A program made the translations under genes and the position numbers. The notes beneath the pieces were generated by a model. It was not told the DNA's origin, did no database searches, and was given only the letters and a program-made list of their open reading frames with translations. A stretch of 53,101 bases of DNA from Tortispora ganteri (Eukaryota), in NCBI GenBank assembly GCA_003707115.1, contig PPNB01000039.1, positions 1-53,101 on the forward strand, written 5' to 3'. The first letter of the stretch is position 1, and every line of letters starts with the position of its first letter. Below, piece by piece: positions 40,900-50,853 of the stretch.

Positions 40900-42201
40900 T
40901 TAGGAGAAAGAGTTCCGTCGGCCCCAGCCCTGCGGTTGTCTTCGGAGGAATGCACCGACTGCACCAAGGTAGCCTTCATGGCGCAGAAAGTAAGCCTTCA
41001 TGTCTCCTTTGGACCAGAAACTTATGGCAAAAGAAAGTGTGTTCATTGTCTGAGCATGTCCTCTAATAAAAGAGCCTCCAAAATAGATGGTGTTGAGACC
41101 ATGTCGTTGTGCCTGTAAGTATGCGATCTGACCTATGTTGTTCGAGACAGCATAGAGCAGAGACCTTGCTATATCTTCTTGCTTGAAATTTTTCCTTCTT
41201 TCTTCAGAGGGTCGTTCAGCTGTAGGTGCTGGGTCAGCTTTGAACACTTTGCCGAAGCTAGAAGCGATCCAGGTAGATTTGAGGCCTATAGATGAGTAAT
41301 CGCGGCCGTATATGTCGCCGACGAGCATATCCACAGCGGTATTATCGCCAGATTCAGCCATAGATAGCATATCGTCAAACGATCTAGAGTCAGTTAGAAG
41401 TGACAAAAGACCCCATAGAGTTCCACCACCTAGTGAAGATCCCCCTATACGTGTGAATTGGTTAGGTCCGTCTACTTTAATCATCGAGACGCCGGAGCCG
41501 ATATTGACCAGCATGTATGGGTAAACTGCGTGGCTAGAGTCAGTGAACTGCATTGTCGGAAAGTCGTCTGCAGAATAAGTGAATACTTCTTCTGGGATTT
41601 CATTAATGAAAAAGTCGAGTCCGACGATCAGACACCGCATTTCCTCTTCTTGGTAGATTTCGACGCCGAGTTCATCGCGCATTCGATCGTAAAACTTGTA
41701 TGCACCGCCACCAGTAGCCATTACAACCATTTCTGCATGTTGTGAATCGTTTTGGTGTGCATTGCGGTTAACGCGTTTGTTGTGCTTCTGTAGTAGCTTC
41801 TTCATGAAAGCAATGCAATCATCTATTTTTGAAGTTTCGAACAAGGTGAAATTGAGCTTTCCGCCGGGAAGCTCATCTGATTTTTCATTCATACTGTCGT
41901 CCAACGCGCGTCCGCGTTCCCATTTGTCATTGCGGGTGAAAAAGACTACTTTTGCCAGCGTGCCGCCAATATCGACCGCAATATGCGACACTTCCTGGGT
42001 GTGGTGTGGCAAGGCAATTTCTCTAGGGGAATCCGGCCCTGAACCTGAAGAGCTGCTACTAGACGATGGAGATGGCGAAACATCATCTTTATCATTCACA
42101 ATATACGCTCCTTCAACGTTGATCTTGATAGAACCCGGGTAGGGTATCGCATCGTGCCCTCTAACTTCTGGCTGGGCTGTCTGCTGGCTGTCCATCCTCA
42201 T
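40900..42201 (-). CDS. CAB1: Pantothenate kinase (type II)
   Basis: IAVDIGGTLAKVV; ATGGGAYKF; YPYMLVNIGSGVS; GGSSLGGGT; DMLVGDIYG; ASSFGK; FLRHEGYLGAVG. Confidence 0.96.
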   Translation of the reverse strand: MRMDSQQTAQPEVRGHDAIPYPGSIKINVEGAYIVNDKDDVSPSPSSSSSSSGSGPDSPREIALPHHTQEVSHIAVDIGGTLAKVVFFTRNDKWERGRALDDSMNEKSDELPGGKLNFTLFETSKIDDCIAFMKKLLQKHNKRVNRNAHQNDSQHAEMVVMATGGGAYKFYDRMRDELGVEIYQEEEMRCLIVGLDFFINEIPEEVFTYSADDFPTMQFTDSSHAVYPYMLVNIGSGVSMIKVDGPNQFTRIGGSSLGGGTLWGLLSLLTDSRSFDDMLSMAESGDNTAVDMLVGDIYGRDYSSIGLKSTWIASSFGKVFKADPAPTAERPSEERRKNFKQEDIARSLLYAVSNNIGQIAYLQAQRHGLNTIYFGGSFIRGHAQTMNTLSFAISFWSKGDMKAYFLRHEGYLGAVGAFLRRQPQGWGRRNSFS

Positions 42202-43028
42202 TGGCGGCAAATACTGTTTACTTTATAGAAATATGTAAACTAATTGTACCAGCAACGAGCAATAATCCTACTTGTCTTTTGACCTTTGGCAACTTGTCTT
42301 GGTGGTTTAACTTAGTCTTTTTTTTCGCTATTTTTTTCTTTACTACAAAACACACACTGCCGTCCGCGGTTGCGAATAACTAATTCGCGTAAAAAAAAAG
42401 ACTACGGCAATCTGATGCAATGTAGGCAAGAACACACACACTGCGCTCAAACAATGCCGACAAAAAGAGTCGATCGCTGTAATCAACAACTATTCAGTGT
42501 GTCAATTACTTGGACCTGTTTCCCCAGATTTCTCACTGTTCCTCGGGTGTGGTTAGGGTACAACTTCTTGCGGGGGTATATAGTATCTGGAAACCCTCTG
42601 TAGGATCCTTCCGAGTAGCTAGGATATTGCATATTTATTTAAGTCTGAGAGATGTCTGTGAACGTTACAGTGTTATTCGTACGGTGACTCTGAACCGCTA
42701 AGCAACGCAGGAGTGTATCATAGTCCGCAGGTGTCAGAGTGGGTTGCTGCTACTACCAGAGGTACCTGCGGTCTCGTAAAACAGTGCAGTAGACTGATCA
42801 AATATCATAGCATATATGTGTATAATATGAAATATACCAAGTATAAAGATAAACAAATGCCGGTTTAGTGGCTGTATTACAGCACATATTTTTTATTGTG
42901 GATATTGTGAATAATTCCTTTGCACTGATTGGACAGAATGTATCACGTGACAAGCTAAGTCCCATATAATTTGTAGTAGCCAGTTCACACCTCTATTGCA
43001 AAACACTTTCTCACTGTACTCGGCCACG

Positions 43029-43373
43029 ATGAAGTTGCCTGGAATGAGTAAAATGGCGTTGCCGGGTTCATTTTTGAACAAGCACGTAATTAAAGATAAT
43101 TATAAACGACAAAAATTTGCCGAAGCGGAGGTTGAAAGGTTAGCGTTGAGGTATATTGTTCGGAGCACAGAGCTTCCGAGCAAGACAAGACTTATGGCAC
43201 AGATTAAACTTGCAAATATGCCAAAATATACGTCTATAACTCAAGTACATAACCGATGTATTACTTCCGGGTACGGTCGAAATGTCGACACGAAAACGCG
43301 ACTGTGTCATAAGCAGTTCCGGACGAAAGCGATCGAAGGATACTTGACAGGTATCAAGAAGGCGTCCTGGTAG
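43029..43373 (+). CDS. MRP2: Mitochondrial ribosomal protein uS14m
   Basis: IKDNYKR..FAE.E.ER.ALRYI; QVHNRCITSG; RLCH..FR; G.L.G.KKASW. Confidence 0.92.
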   Translation: MKLPGMSKMALPGSFLNKHVIKDNYKRQKFAEAEVERLALRYIVRSTELPSKTRLMAQIKLANMPKYTSITQVHNRCITSGYGRNVDTKTRLCHKQFRTKAIEGYLTGIKKASW

Positions 43374-43382
43374 ATTCTGGTG

Positions 43383-44555
43383 TTAGTGCTGTTGGCGCTG
43401 TAATAATGATAATGATTGACTTGATCTTGATTTCAATGGTACGTAAACTTTTCTAGCAGATGCTTCAAGCGTTTCTGCCTCTTGTAAGTTGCCTAGTTTC
43501 TTGTGCATTGCAGCTGCCGTGAAGAGTGCGCTTTTCTGGCACAAAGCGCAGTCATGCGAGTTAGCAGCGCTTAATCCAGCAGAAGTGGCAGCTTTTGTAG
43601 CTAAGCTCAGTGCGTAGTCATGTTCTTTCTTATTAGTAGCCCATATGCATTCAGCGATATAGAGCTGGAGAAGATATTGGTCACAATCCTCAATGCCTAT
43701 AGGCGAAGGGACATTTAGTTGAGGTTTAGCAAAAGGCATGGAGAGAGTTTCGTTTTTCGAGTCGCGTATAGCTTCAAAAGCAGATACAAAATAAGGAAGT
43801 GCATCTTTAGGGTGTTTATTACGGGCATAAAAGATGCCTGTTGCTTGCAAAGCAGCGACAAGTCTAGGCGAAGTTTCAGTATCGGTAGAGTCAACGTACA
43901 GAGTGCCTTTCTGGTTCATTTTTGATGTTGCGACAAGCGCAATACTTTTTTTGTACATTTTTTCGAGTGTTTTAAATTGAGACTTGGAGAGAGATTTCGA
44001 ATGTGAGTTAATTTGTTGATATTCGATGTCGGCGGATCTCTGAAGGACAAGACTTTTGAGAGTTGGAGATTTTAGACCGAGGTTGAGCGCCTGTTCGAAA
44101 TCTAATTTTGCTTGATCAAATTCTGAATTAACATACTCATATCCACCAAGTTGTGCATGTAATTCTGCAAGTTTTGGTTTTAACGATTCGTCGAACCCTA
44201 GAGGTAGGTCATTATAGCTGTCAAGTTGACCTTTAGCGATAAGTACAGCAGTAGCATTGCCTTGTTTGATATCTTTAGGATCATCGCCGCGAATCAAAGA
44301 GATAGCACCACGTAAAGCACTTGCTGAACGTCGGTCATTACCATCCCAGTAATCTGCAAGTCGCGCTGTCCGGATCATTGTTCTCGCAATTGAAGGAAAC
44401 TCTGGTGGAGTTTGGATCTTCTTCTCAAGGTACATATCAAGTGCAGCGTACCAACATATACCTGTAGCAGTAATTGCACTAATAGAAATAACAACATGTT
44501 TTAATATTTTTGAAGCATTTCTTTTGTAACTGCGACCTTTTAGTGAACGCCACAT
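43383..44555 (-). CDS. Putative mitochondrial inner-membrane TPR-like protein
   Basis: Basic presequence, one TM helix, TPR-like helices (LAELHAQLG...A...FEQAL; TGIFYA...ALPYF..A). Confidence 0.65.
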   Translation of the reverse strand: MWRSLKGRSYKRNASKILKHVVISISAITATGICWYAALDMYLEKKIQTPPEFPSIARTMIRTARLADYWDGNDRRSASALRGAISLIRGDDPKDIKQGNATAVLIAKGQLDSYNDLPLGFDESLKPKLAELHAQLGGYEYVNSEFDQAKLDFEQALNLGLKSPTLKSLVLQRSADIEYQQINSHSKSLSKSQFKTLEKMYKKSIALVATSKMNQKGTLYVDSTDTETSPRLVAALQATGIFYARNKHPKDALPYFVSAFEAIRDSKNETLSMPFAKPQLNVPSPIGIEDCDQYLLQLYIAECIWATNKKEHDYALSLATKAATSAGLSAANSHDCALCQKSALFTAAAMHKKLGNLQEAETLEASARKVYVPLKSRSSQSLSLLQRQQH

Positions 44556-44616
44556 TTGTAGTAGATATTGGAAAAGTGTGAAACCTAGCTTTGTAGCACT
44601 TGACTACACTTATACT

Positions 44617-46185
44617 ATGGATAACCAAACGTCGCAATCTACTCCAATACGACGTCAAAGCCTCTCTATACCATCAAGTACAGGTCTTTGGGATATTCTT
44701 AAACGTGAAATATACGCTGATACTTTTGAACCTGTCTTTCCAGGTAGATCAGATTTATTACACAATTTCGTACTGATCCCAGTAGCTCTCGAGAGTGTGC
44801 TCACATACGGCTCGCTATGTTCGCTAGATGCATGCTTGTATATTTGCACAATAATGCCATTACGTATACTTGCAGCTTTATGGTCACGTACTCGACGAGT
44901 TGCAACTGCGACTGTAGCTACGACTGTGCCACTTCCTCTGCCTCTTGTCGAACTGATCCGATTACTGCTCATGTCTACATCACTTGTCGTCCTCTACACA
45001 CTTGACGCTTCCTGGATCTATCATTCTATTCGTCGACAAGCTCTTGTAAAACTATATGTTATATTCAATATGTTTGAGGTCGCAGATAGGCTCCTATCTG
45101 CGCTAGGTCAAGATATCTTTGCATTCATCCTCGTCAGCTCAAACCTCATGTCACTTCCACCTGGTAAACGCGCATTATTTATTATTGCTGGCGTAGTTTA
45201 CAACGCTATGCATTCTATATTGCTTTTCTACATGATGCTAACCCTCAATGTTGCCGCTAACTCTTACGACAACGCTCTTCTAACCTTGCTACTCTCAAAC
45301 CAGTTCAGCGAAATCAAAGGATCAGTGTTTAAACGTTTCGATCGTGAAAATCTCTTCCAACTGACTTGTGCAGATATTACTGAACGTTTTCAAATGTACA
45401 TCCTTCTATTTACAGTCGTCATACGCAATAGCGCAGATTTCGTCCTTCTTGCTGCAGACGCAAGCTCTATGGGCATACTTAGCTTATTCACCACTACTGC
45501 CGTCTGGCTCTTGTCTGTTGCTGGCCCTGGATTTATTGTCGTCATGTCTGAGATTTTTGTGGATTGGCTTAAACACACATATATAGCAAAATTCAATGAT
45601 TTCAGACCTTATGTCTACCACCGCTTCCTCGACGTTCTATGCATGGACTATATCCGTCAATCGTTTTCCAACAAACTCGTCAGCAATCGACTAGGGCTCT
45701 CTGTAATGCCACTCATGTGCGTACTCATACGTACTGCAATACCTGTGTACAGGAGCATTATTCTTGCGGCATTTAATGACGAACCAGCTGTGAACGACAC
45801 TTTAATAGGTTCATACTTTTACTCATGGTTCAGATGGTCTACACTAGGATTGATAGTGATTCTGGCTTTGAGTTTTTTCGTTACGTTACTTGCTAAATTG
45901 ATTTTGAGTACTATGTTACAGAGCTTTTCGCGCACCAGGTACGAAATAATAAAGGTGCACAGAAAGGCATCAATAAACGCAGGACGCAGTCCGATTATTA
46001 AACAAGAGGAAACAGCAATTGATTCTGCTGTAGGCAACGACTCATTGGATGCATTGACCGACGAAATGCGGTCTAGATTGTATGACGAAAATGATCTCGT
46101 GCCAAAACCAGAGAAACGGACCAAACGTGTGGTCGATCTAGATACAGTGCATAGGTACAAAATGGTAGCCAAACGGATATGGTGA
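44617..46185 (+). CDS. EMP65: ER membrane protein Emp65/TAPT1 (DUF747)
   Basis: VKLYVIFNMFEVADRL; LNVAANSYDNALLTLLLSNQFSEIKGSVFKRF; LFQLTCADITERF; VDWLKH.YI.KFN; C-terminal RYKMVAKRIW. Confidence 0.93.
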   Translation: MDNQTSQSTPIRRQSLSIPSSTGLWDILKREIYADTFEPVFPGRSDLLHNFVLIPVALESVLTYGSLCSLDACLYICTIMPLRILAALWSRTRRVATATVATTVPLPLPLVELIRLLLMSTSLVVLYTLDASWIYHSIRRQALVKLYVIFNMFEVADRLLSALGQDIFAFILVSSNLMSLPPGKRALFIIAGVVYNAMHSILLFYMMLTLNVAANSYDNALLTLLLSNQFSEIKGSVFKRFDRENLFQLTCADITERFQMYILLFTVVIRNSADFVLLAADASSMGILSLFTTTAVWLLSVAGPGFIVVMSEIFVDWLKHTYIAKFNDFRPYVYHRFLDVLCMDYIRQSFSNKLVSNRLGLSVMPLMCVLIRTAIPVYRSIILAAFNDEPAVNDTLIGSYFYSWFRWSTLGLIVILALSFFVTLLAKLILSTMLQSFSRTRYEIIKVHRKASINAGRSPIIKQEETAIDSAVGNDSLDALTDEMRSRLYDENDLVPKPEKRTKRVVDLDTVHRYKMVAKRIW

Positions 46186-46197
46186 GATTTCACACTC

Positions 46198-47079
46198 CTA
46201 GGGCAACATTTGTACGACTTTTTCGTATATTGTGAAAATGATTCCGCCAGAGAGAATTAGCCTGCCTAGACGCGGAGTAGTGCCTTTCCAGAAGGTCAAT
46301 ATGCCTTCTTCTTTGAATATGCGCGATGCACAGTGCAGAGTGTTTCTGTACTCATTTTTGGCGTCCAGACTCTGCATTCTTGTTTTGATTGTGTCGAGAG
46401 GCATTGTGGTGTACACAGTTATGACACCAGCAATAGCGCCGGCGAGGAATGTTGTGCTGCTGGAAAGGGGAGCCTGTGGGTCTGCAGACCGCTGCTGGAG
46501 CATTACTTTTATCTTGTTATATGAACCCATACGGACAGCAGAGTTGCCTGCCTGACGCAGCGTCACGGGTAACAGGCCTCTATACACACCTGCGAAACCC
46601 TTGTCCTTGATGAGCTGCCGCGAGCCATGAAGGAAGCCCTTGTACCGTGGATTTGGCGACTGTGCGTCGTCTATGAGCGCAGTTTTGATAGTTTCAAAAG
46701 GCGTGACGGCGAACACGGATTCAAGAACACCGGCACCTAGGCCGGCAAGGACACCTCTGCCGCCGGACAGTTTTCCGTTCTCATCGGCTAGTGCCTTCTT
46801 GATGGTGTCGAAGCCTAGAAATCGCACAGCAGCCTTGAATCCACATCCTATTACGAGTGTTGAACATCCTGCGTATATAGCAGAAATGCCTTCCTGGCGT
46901 GCGACCTGTGCAATGAGTTTTATAGGGTTTGTAGTGGCAGATTTGGTCTTGTCGACGAGTTGAAGCCGCGTCTTTGCGAATTCGAACGGATAAGTCGCAC
47001 CAGCTTCAAATGATCCGGCTATACCTCCGGCAATAAGACTTTTCCATGCTGCCGGTTTTGTGTCTTCTTTTTGAGCCAT
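46198..47079 (-). CDS. CTP1: Mitochondrial tricarboxylate (citrate) carrier
   Basis: Three carrier motifs (YPFEFAKTRLQL, TPFETIKTALID, MPLDTIKTRMQ); KAAVRF; RQAGNSAVR; PRLGRLILSGGIIF. Confidence 0.93.
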   Translation of the reverse strand: MAQKEDTKPAAWKSLIAGGIAGSFEAGATYPFEFAKTRLQLVDKTKSATTNPIKLIAQVARQEGISAIYAGCSTLVIGCGFKAAVRFLGFDTIKKALADENGKLSGGRGVLAGLGAGVLESVFAVTPFETIKTALIDDAQSPNPRYKGFLHGSRQLIKDKGFAGVYRGLLPVTLRQAGNSAVRMGSYNKIKVMLQQRSADPQAPLSSSTTFLAGAIAGVITVYTTMPLDTIKTRMQSLDAKNEYRNTLHCASRIFKEEGILTFWKGTTPRLGRLILSGGIIFTIYEKVVQMLP

Positions 47080-47245
47080 TTTTTAGCGTTTGTGCTGTTT
47101 GATGGATATACTGTCAGAAGAGTGTGGTGTTGTGGGGAAGAAGGGACTTTATAGGTCGCTACCCGGACCTTAGATTTCGACTACAACAAAAAACTATCAA
47201 AAAAAAAAAAAAGGTCAGCTAATTGATCACTTTTTGGTCTCCCGA

Positions 47246-48613
47246 ATGGTCGTTGTTTCGTGGTCAGACGACCAAACTTTTGCTCGCGATGCAAAAACCG
47301 AACAGTATTCTGCGCTTTTTGAGCTGAAAAATGTTGAACAACGTAAAGTCTCATATCATTTCAATGATTTGGCCTCACACTACCATTTCGGCGCAATGCA
47401 CCCCATGAAACCGTTCCGCTTAATGTTGACAGACCATCTAGTACTCGGGTACAAAATGCACGAAAAACTCGATTGGTATCGTCCGAGAAGGGCAACAGAA
47501 GAAGAGGTCTTAGAGTTCCACGCCTCTGAGTATGTCGACTTCCTGAAGAATGTCACACCACACAACGCAGACAAGTTTAAAGACCTGTTCGAAAAGTTCA
47601 ATATCGGCGGTGATTGCCCGATTTTTGACGGTATGTATGACTATGCTCGACTTACCGCGGGCGCCTCTATTGATGCTTCTCGGAAACTCATATCTGGTGT
47701 CTCTGATATTGCTATTAACTGGTCTGGTGGTTTGCACCATGCGAAGAAGTTCGAGCCATCCGGATTCTGTTACGTTAACGATATAGTTCTTGCGATTTTG
47801 AACCTTTTGCGCGTGCATCCCCGCGTACTGTATATTGACATCGACGTACACCATGGCGACGGTGTGCAAGAAGCCTTCTACGCGACTGACAGGGTAATGA
47901 CACTTTCATTTCATAAGTATGACGGCGAATATTTCCCTGCTACGGGAAACTTCGACGAAGTGGGCGTCGGTATGGGCATCCACCACGCGTTGAACGTGCC
48001 GATACGTGATGGGATCGACGACGAGTCATACATCCGCTTGTTCCGCGCTATTGTTGAGCCGGTACTGTTGTCGTACCAGCCATCAGTTGTTGTTTTGCAA
48101 TGCGGCGCTGACTCGCTGGGTGGCGATCGACTCGGTGTATTTAACCTGAACATTCGCGCGCACGGACGCTGTGTCAAATTTGTGCGCGAACTCGGATTCC
48201 CTATGATTGTGCTGGGTGGCGGCGGGTACACACCCAGGAACGTGTCTAGACTTTGGTGCTACGAGACTTCAGTGTGTTTAGGTGTTGATTTAGATCCCAA
48301 ATTACCGAGCAATATCCCGTTCATGAAGTACTTTGAACCGGACTACTCGCTGCACCCGATACTCAGCGGGCGAGTCGAGAATAAAAATTCGCGGAAGTAC
48401 CTCGAGATGGTCCGCGCGCGAATCTTAGAAGAGCTGCGGTATCTGAACCATGCACCGAGCGTGCAGATGCAAGTAGTGCCGCCTGATATTGCTGGGTTCC
48501 TCGAGGAAGAGGAGAAACGGCTGCAGGAGGAGAAAGAGGCAGCACACGAACGAGAGTACCGCGCATCGCAAGAACAAAAAGACGCGGCAAGGGTTGGTGA
48601 AATGACTGATTAG
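47246..48613 (+). CDS. HOS2: Class I histone deacetylase Hos2
   Basis: [15 protein letters not shown] (Hos2-type), [61 protein letters not shown]. Confidence 0.93.
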   Translation: MVVVSWSDDQTFARDAKTEQYSALFELKNVEQRKVSYHFNDLASHYHFGAMHPMKPFRLMLTDHLVLGYKMHEKLDWYRPRRATEEEVLEFHASEYVDFLKNVTPHNADKFKDLFEKFNIGGDCPIFDGMYDYARLTAGASIDASRKLISGVSDIAINWSGGLHHAKKFEPSGFCYVNDIVLAILNLLRVHPRVLYIDIDVHHGDGVQEAFYATDRVMTLSFHKYDGEYFPATGNFDEVGVGMGIHHALNVPIRDGIDDESYIRLFRAIVEPVLLSYQPSVVVLQCGADSLGGDRLGVFNLNIRAHGRCVKFVRELGFPMIVLGGGGYTPRNVSRLWCYETSVCLGVDLDPKLPSNIPFMKYFEPDYSLHPILSGRVENKNSRKYLEMVRARILEELRYLNHAPSVQMQVVPPDIAGFLEEEEKRLQEEKEAAHEREYRASQEQKDAARVGEMTD

Positions 48614-48753
48614 GAGGAGATGGGAAATCTGATTTATGAATAGGGATTTGAAAATGGTCAGCCCGTGCAAGCGAGCGTACACATATACGTTTGCGCAAGT
48701 GCGAATTGGCTGATCTGATAGTGTATTATAGCATAATATTTGACGTGAAGGTC

Positions 48754-49551
48754 TTACAGACCTGTAAGCTTACGTTTGGCGAGCCTTTGTTGTGTGTAAT
48801 ATCTGACGGCGTCATCCATGACTTGTCGTACAAGCTGAGTGCCAGAGAGCGCCATGTCCATGACCACCGGGAGGTGATCTGCGGGTATTTTGTTTTCTAA
48901 GAGCAGCATGAGGACCTCCGAGTCGTTACCAAGCGCTCCAATTGTCAGAAAACTCAGATCTGTTTCTTCTGCATTGTTGAGATCGAGAAACGGCGTCGTG
49001 TCATAGATACCTGCACTGCAGGCACATATGTAGTCCTTCATGGGTATACCTGCATCAATTAGAGCAAGGGTAGCGGCATTGGTACACGCAGACACCAACC
49101 CACCATCTTGAGAGAGAACCTGTATTCGGACATCAATAGTTCCTGGTAGTTCTGCAGTAGCGCAAGCAGAAGTGAAAGAAGTGACTAATAAGGATTGTAG
49201 TTCCTGCAGTCGTTTCTCGTTTTTCCGTGCTTGTCGCTCAAATGTGCTGAAGGGTGTCACATCAATCGAGAAGTTGAGCCGGGGAGGGCCGTTGTAGGGT
49301 CCTACAACCATACAATTGACTTTTGTAGCGCCTAGTTTGATAGATGAAGACCCATCGAGGTTCGGATGATCTCCTATTTTGCAAGTGAAATTTCTTAGTT
49401 CATCAAACCTGCGTCCATCTACAAGAGTTAGCGGCAGATTTTTACAATAGAAAAAATATACTTACCGTGTCGAAATCCTTCGGAACTAAATATTTCTATA
49501 CGCGACTGTTGTTAGTGTTGCTACAAAGCAAATCGAGTGTATACGTACCAT
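48754..49551 (-). CDS. SKI6: Exosome RNase PH-like subunit Rrp41/Ski6; spliced, exons 49549-49551, 49466-49505 and 48754-49418 (235 aa)
   Basis: Splicing gives MSRIEIFSSEGFRHDGRRFDELR, the Rrp41 N-terminus. Also QVLSQDGG, NAATLALIDAGIPM and LDLNNAEE. Confidence 0.94.
49419..49465 (-). other. Spliceosomal intron 2 of SKI6 (47 nt)
   Basis: GTAAGT donor, GCTAAC branch point, TAG acceptor. Confidence 0.92.
49506..49548 (-). other. Spliceosomal intron 1 of SKI6 (43 nt), directly after the ATG
   Basis: ATG|GTACGT donor, ACTAAC branch point, CAG acceptor 3 nt after the branch hexamer. Confidence 0.9.
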
Positions 49552-49750
49552 TTGGTGCAAAGTTTGGATGGGGGCGTGTGCTGGGAGCACCCTCATCAGT
49601 AGGTGGTGTAGTAGGCAAAAGGGAAAAACACCGCCATATGACTGAAATGTGGCATTGGGGCAAATAAATTGCATAATTTGATTCCTTATAAATGGATCTG
49701 CTTGTAGATTGATTGGATGAAGTACCGATACGGCTAGCTGTCAGCGGCAG

Positions 49751-50227
49751 TTATCGCGTACCTATTAGGGTCAAAATCAGAGCGGCGATTATAGCACTCA
49801 GGCTCGCCAATGTAATAAACAATATGGGACCGCGAGCAGCAGGAAACACGCCGTCTAAAAGTCGATTCTGACATTCAAAATACCTGTATGATCCCATAAG
49901 TAATACCAGAGTACCGAGTGCCACAAGACAACCGCCTAGTGGGGCACCAGATTTGGCGATCAGCGGTCTATCCTTGCCAACAATTTGAAACAATTGTACA
50001 ACAGCGACTCCAATTGATACAAATGCCATAGAAGTCCGTAGCCATGCAAGAAACGTCCGTTCGTTCGCTAGATGATCTCGCGCTGTGCTACTGGTGTTCG
50101 CAAGCACTAGCGACCCCATGTTTTTCCACGTGACGTACATCCGACTACTGTCACTGTTGCCGCTATCATCAGCCGTATCCGTTGTCGGTATAGCAGAGCT
50201 TCCAGTGGCTCGCAATCGTGGCTGCAT
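49751..50227 (-). CDS. DUF202 (YidH/Vtc1-like) three-TM membrane protein
   Basis: ARDHLANERTFLAWLRTS followed by three hydrophobic helices. Confidence 0.88.
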   Translation of the reverse strand: MQPRLRATGSSAIPTTDTADDSGNSDSSRMYVTWKNMGSLVLANTSSTARDHLANERTFLAWLRTSMAFVSIGVAVVQLFQIVGKDRPLIAKSGAPLGGCLVALGTLVLLMGSYRYFECQNRLLDGVFPAARGPILFITLASLSAIIAALILTLIGTR

Positions 50228-50853
50228 TGTTCACTTTCTGTCGCTGATCTGTGTCGGACTATGCTGAAAGAATGACTTGTTCCGACTGCCCAATTGCGAC
50301 TTAGTTACCCTACCTAGTTTGCTTCCTTTAAGCTGAGCATAAATAGACTACGCACAGTATAAAGATGGCCGCTGAAACCATGCCACAATAACTCTAATTC
50401 CGTATGACACATGGTTGGCCGTTTGCCGATACTTTGTGGACATTTAAGTTGGCCATTAGCTTGCGTTAAAGAATACTTGGACCAATACGAAGTTATACTT
50501 TGACCACGTCAGAGACGCCCGTAAGGTGTTACACCTAGCAGCCGTTCCCTGTCAGATCAGTTCGACTAGAGTACTAATCAATGTCTTTGGCCTCTTCAGA
50601 GGACCTGTAGCATAGCCTCCAATATAATCAACGCGTATGCGAGCTGCTATTCCTTTTCTTCAGATGTCTCCTCTACTGAAGACTTGATACCGTTAGGGAC
50701 TGAATATAATTAAAGTTTAGTTCGCAGAGATAGCTGTCAAAAAGCTCAGGCCTAGCGTCGGTAAGGAATCTAAAATCTTAGATTCCTGTTTTGTTATATA
50801 TAGATAACAATGTTGCTTTTTAGCCCCTGCCTTTATTTCTTTCAATATACAGT

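Noticed and set aside
47828..47830. Possible CUG-Ser/Ala alternative genetic code
   Set aside because: CTG encodes the conserved Leu of Hos2 RVLYIDID, which supports the standard code (one site only).
49457..49466. ATACTTACC resembling the U1 snRNA 5' end
   Set aside because: It is the reverse complement of the SKI6 intron 2 donor site.
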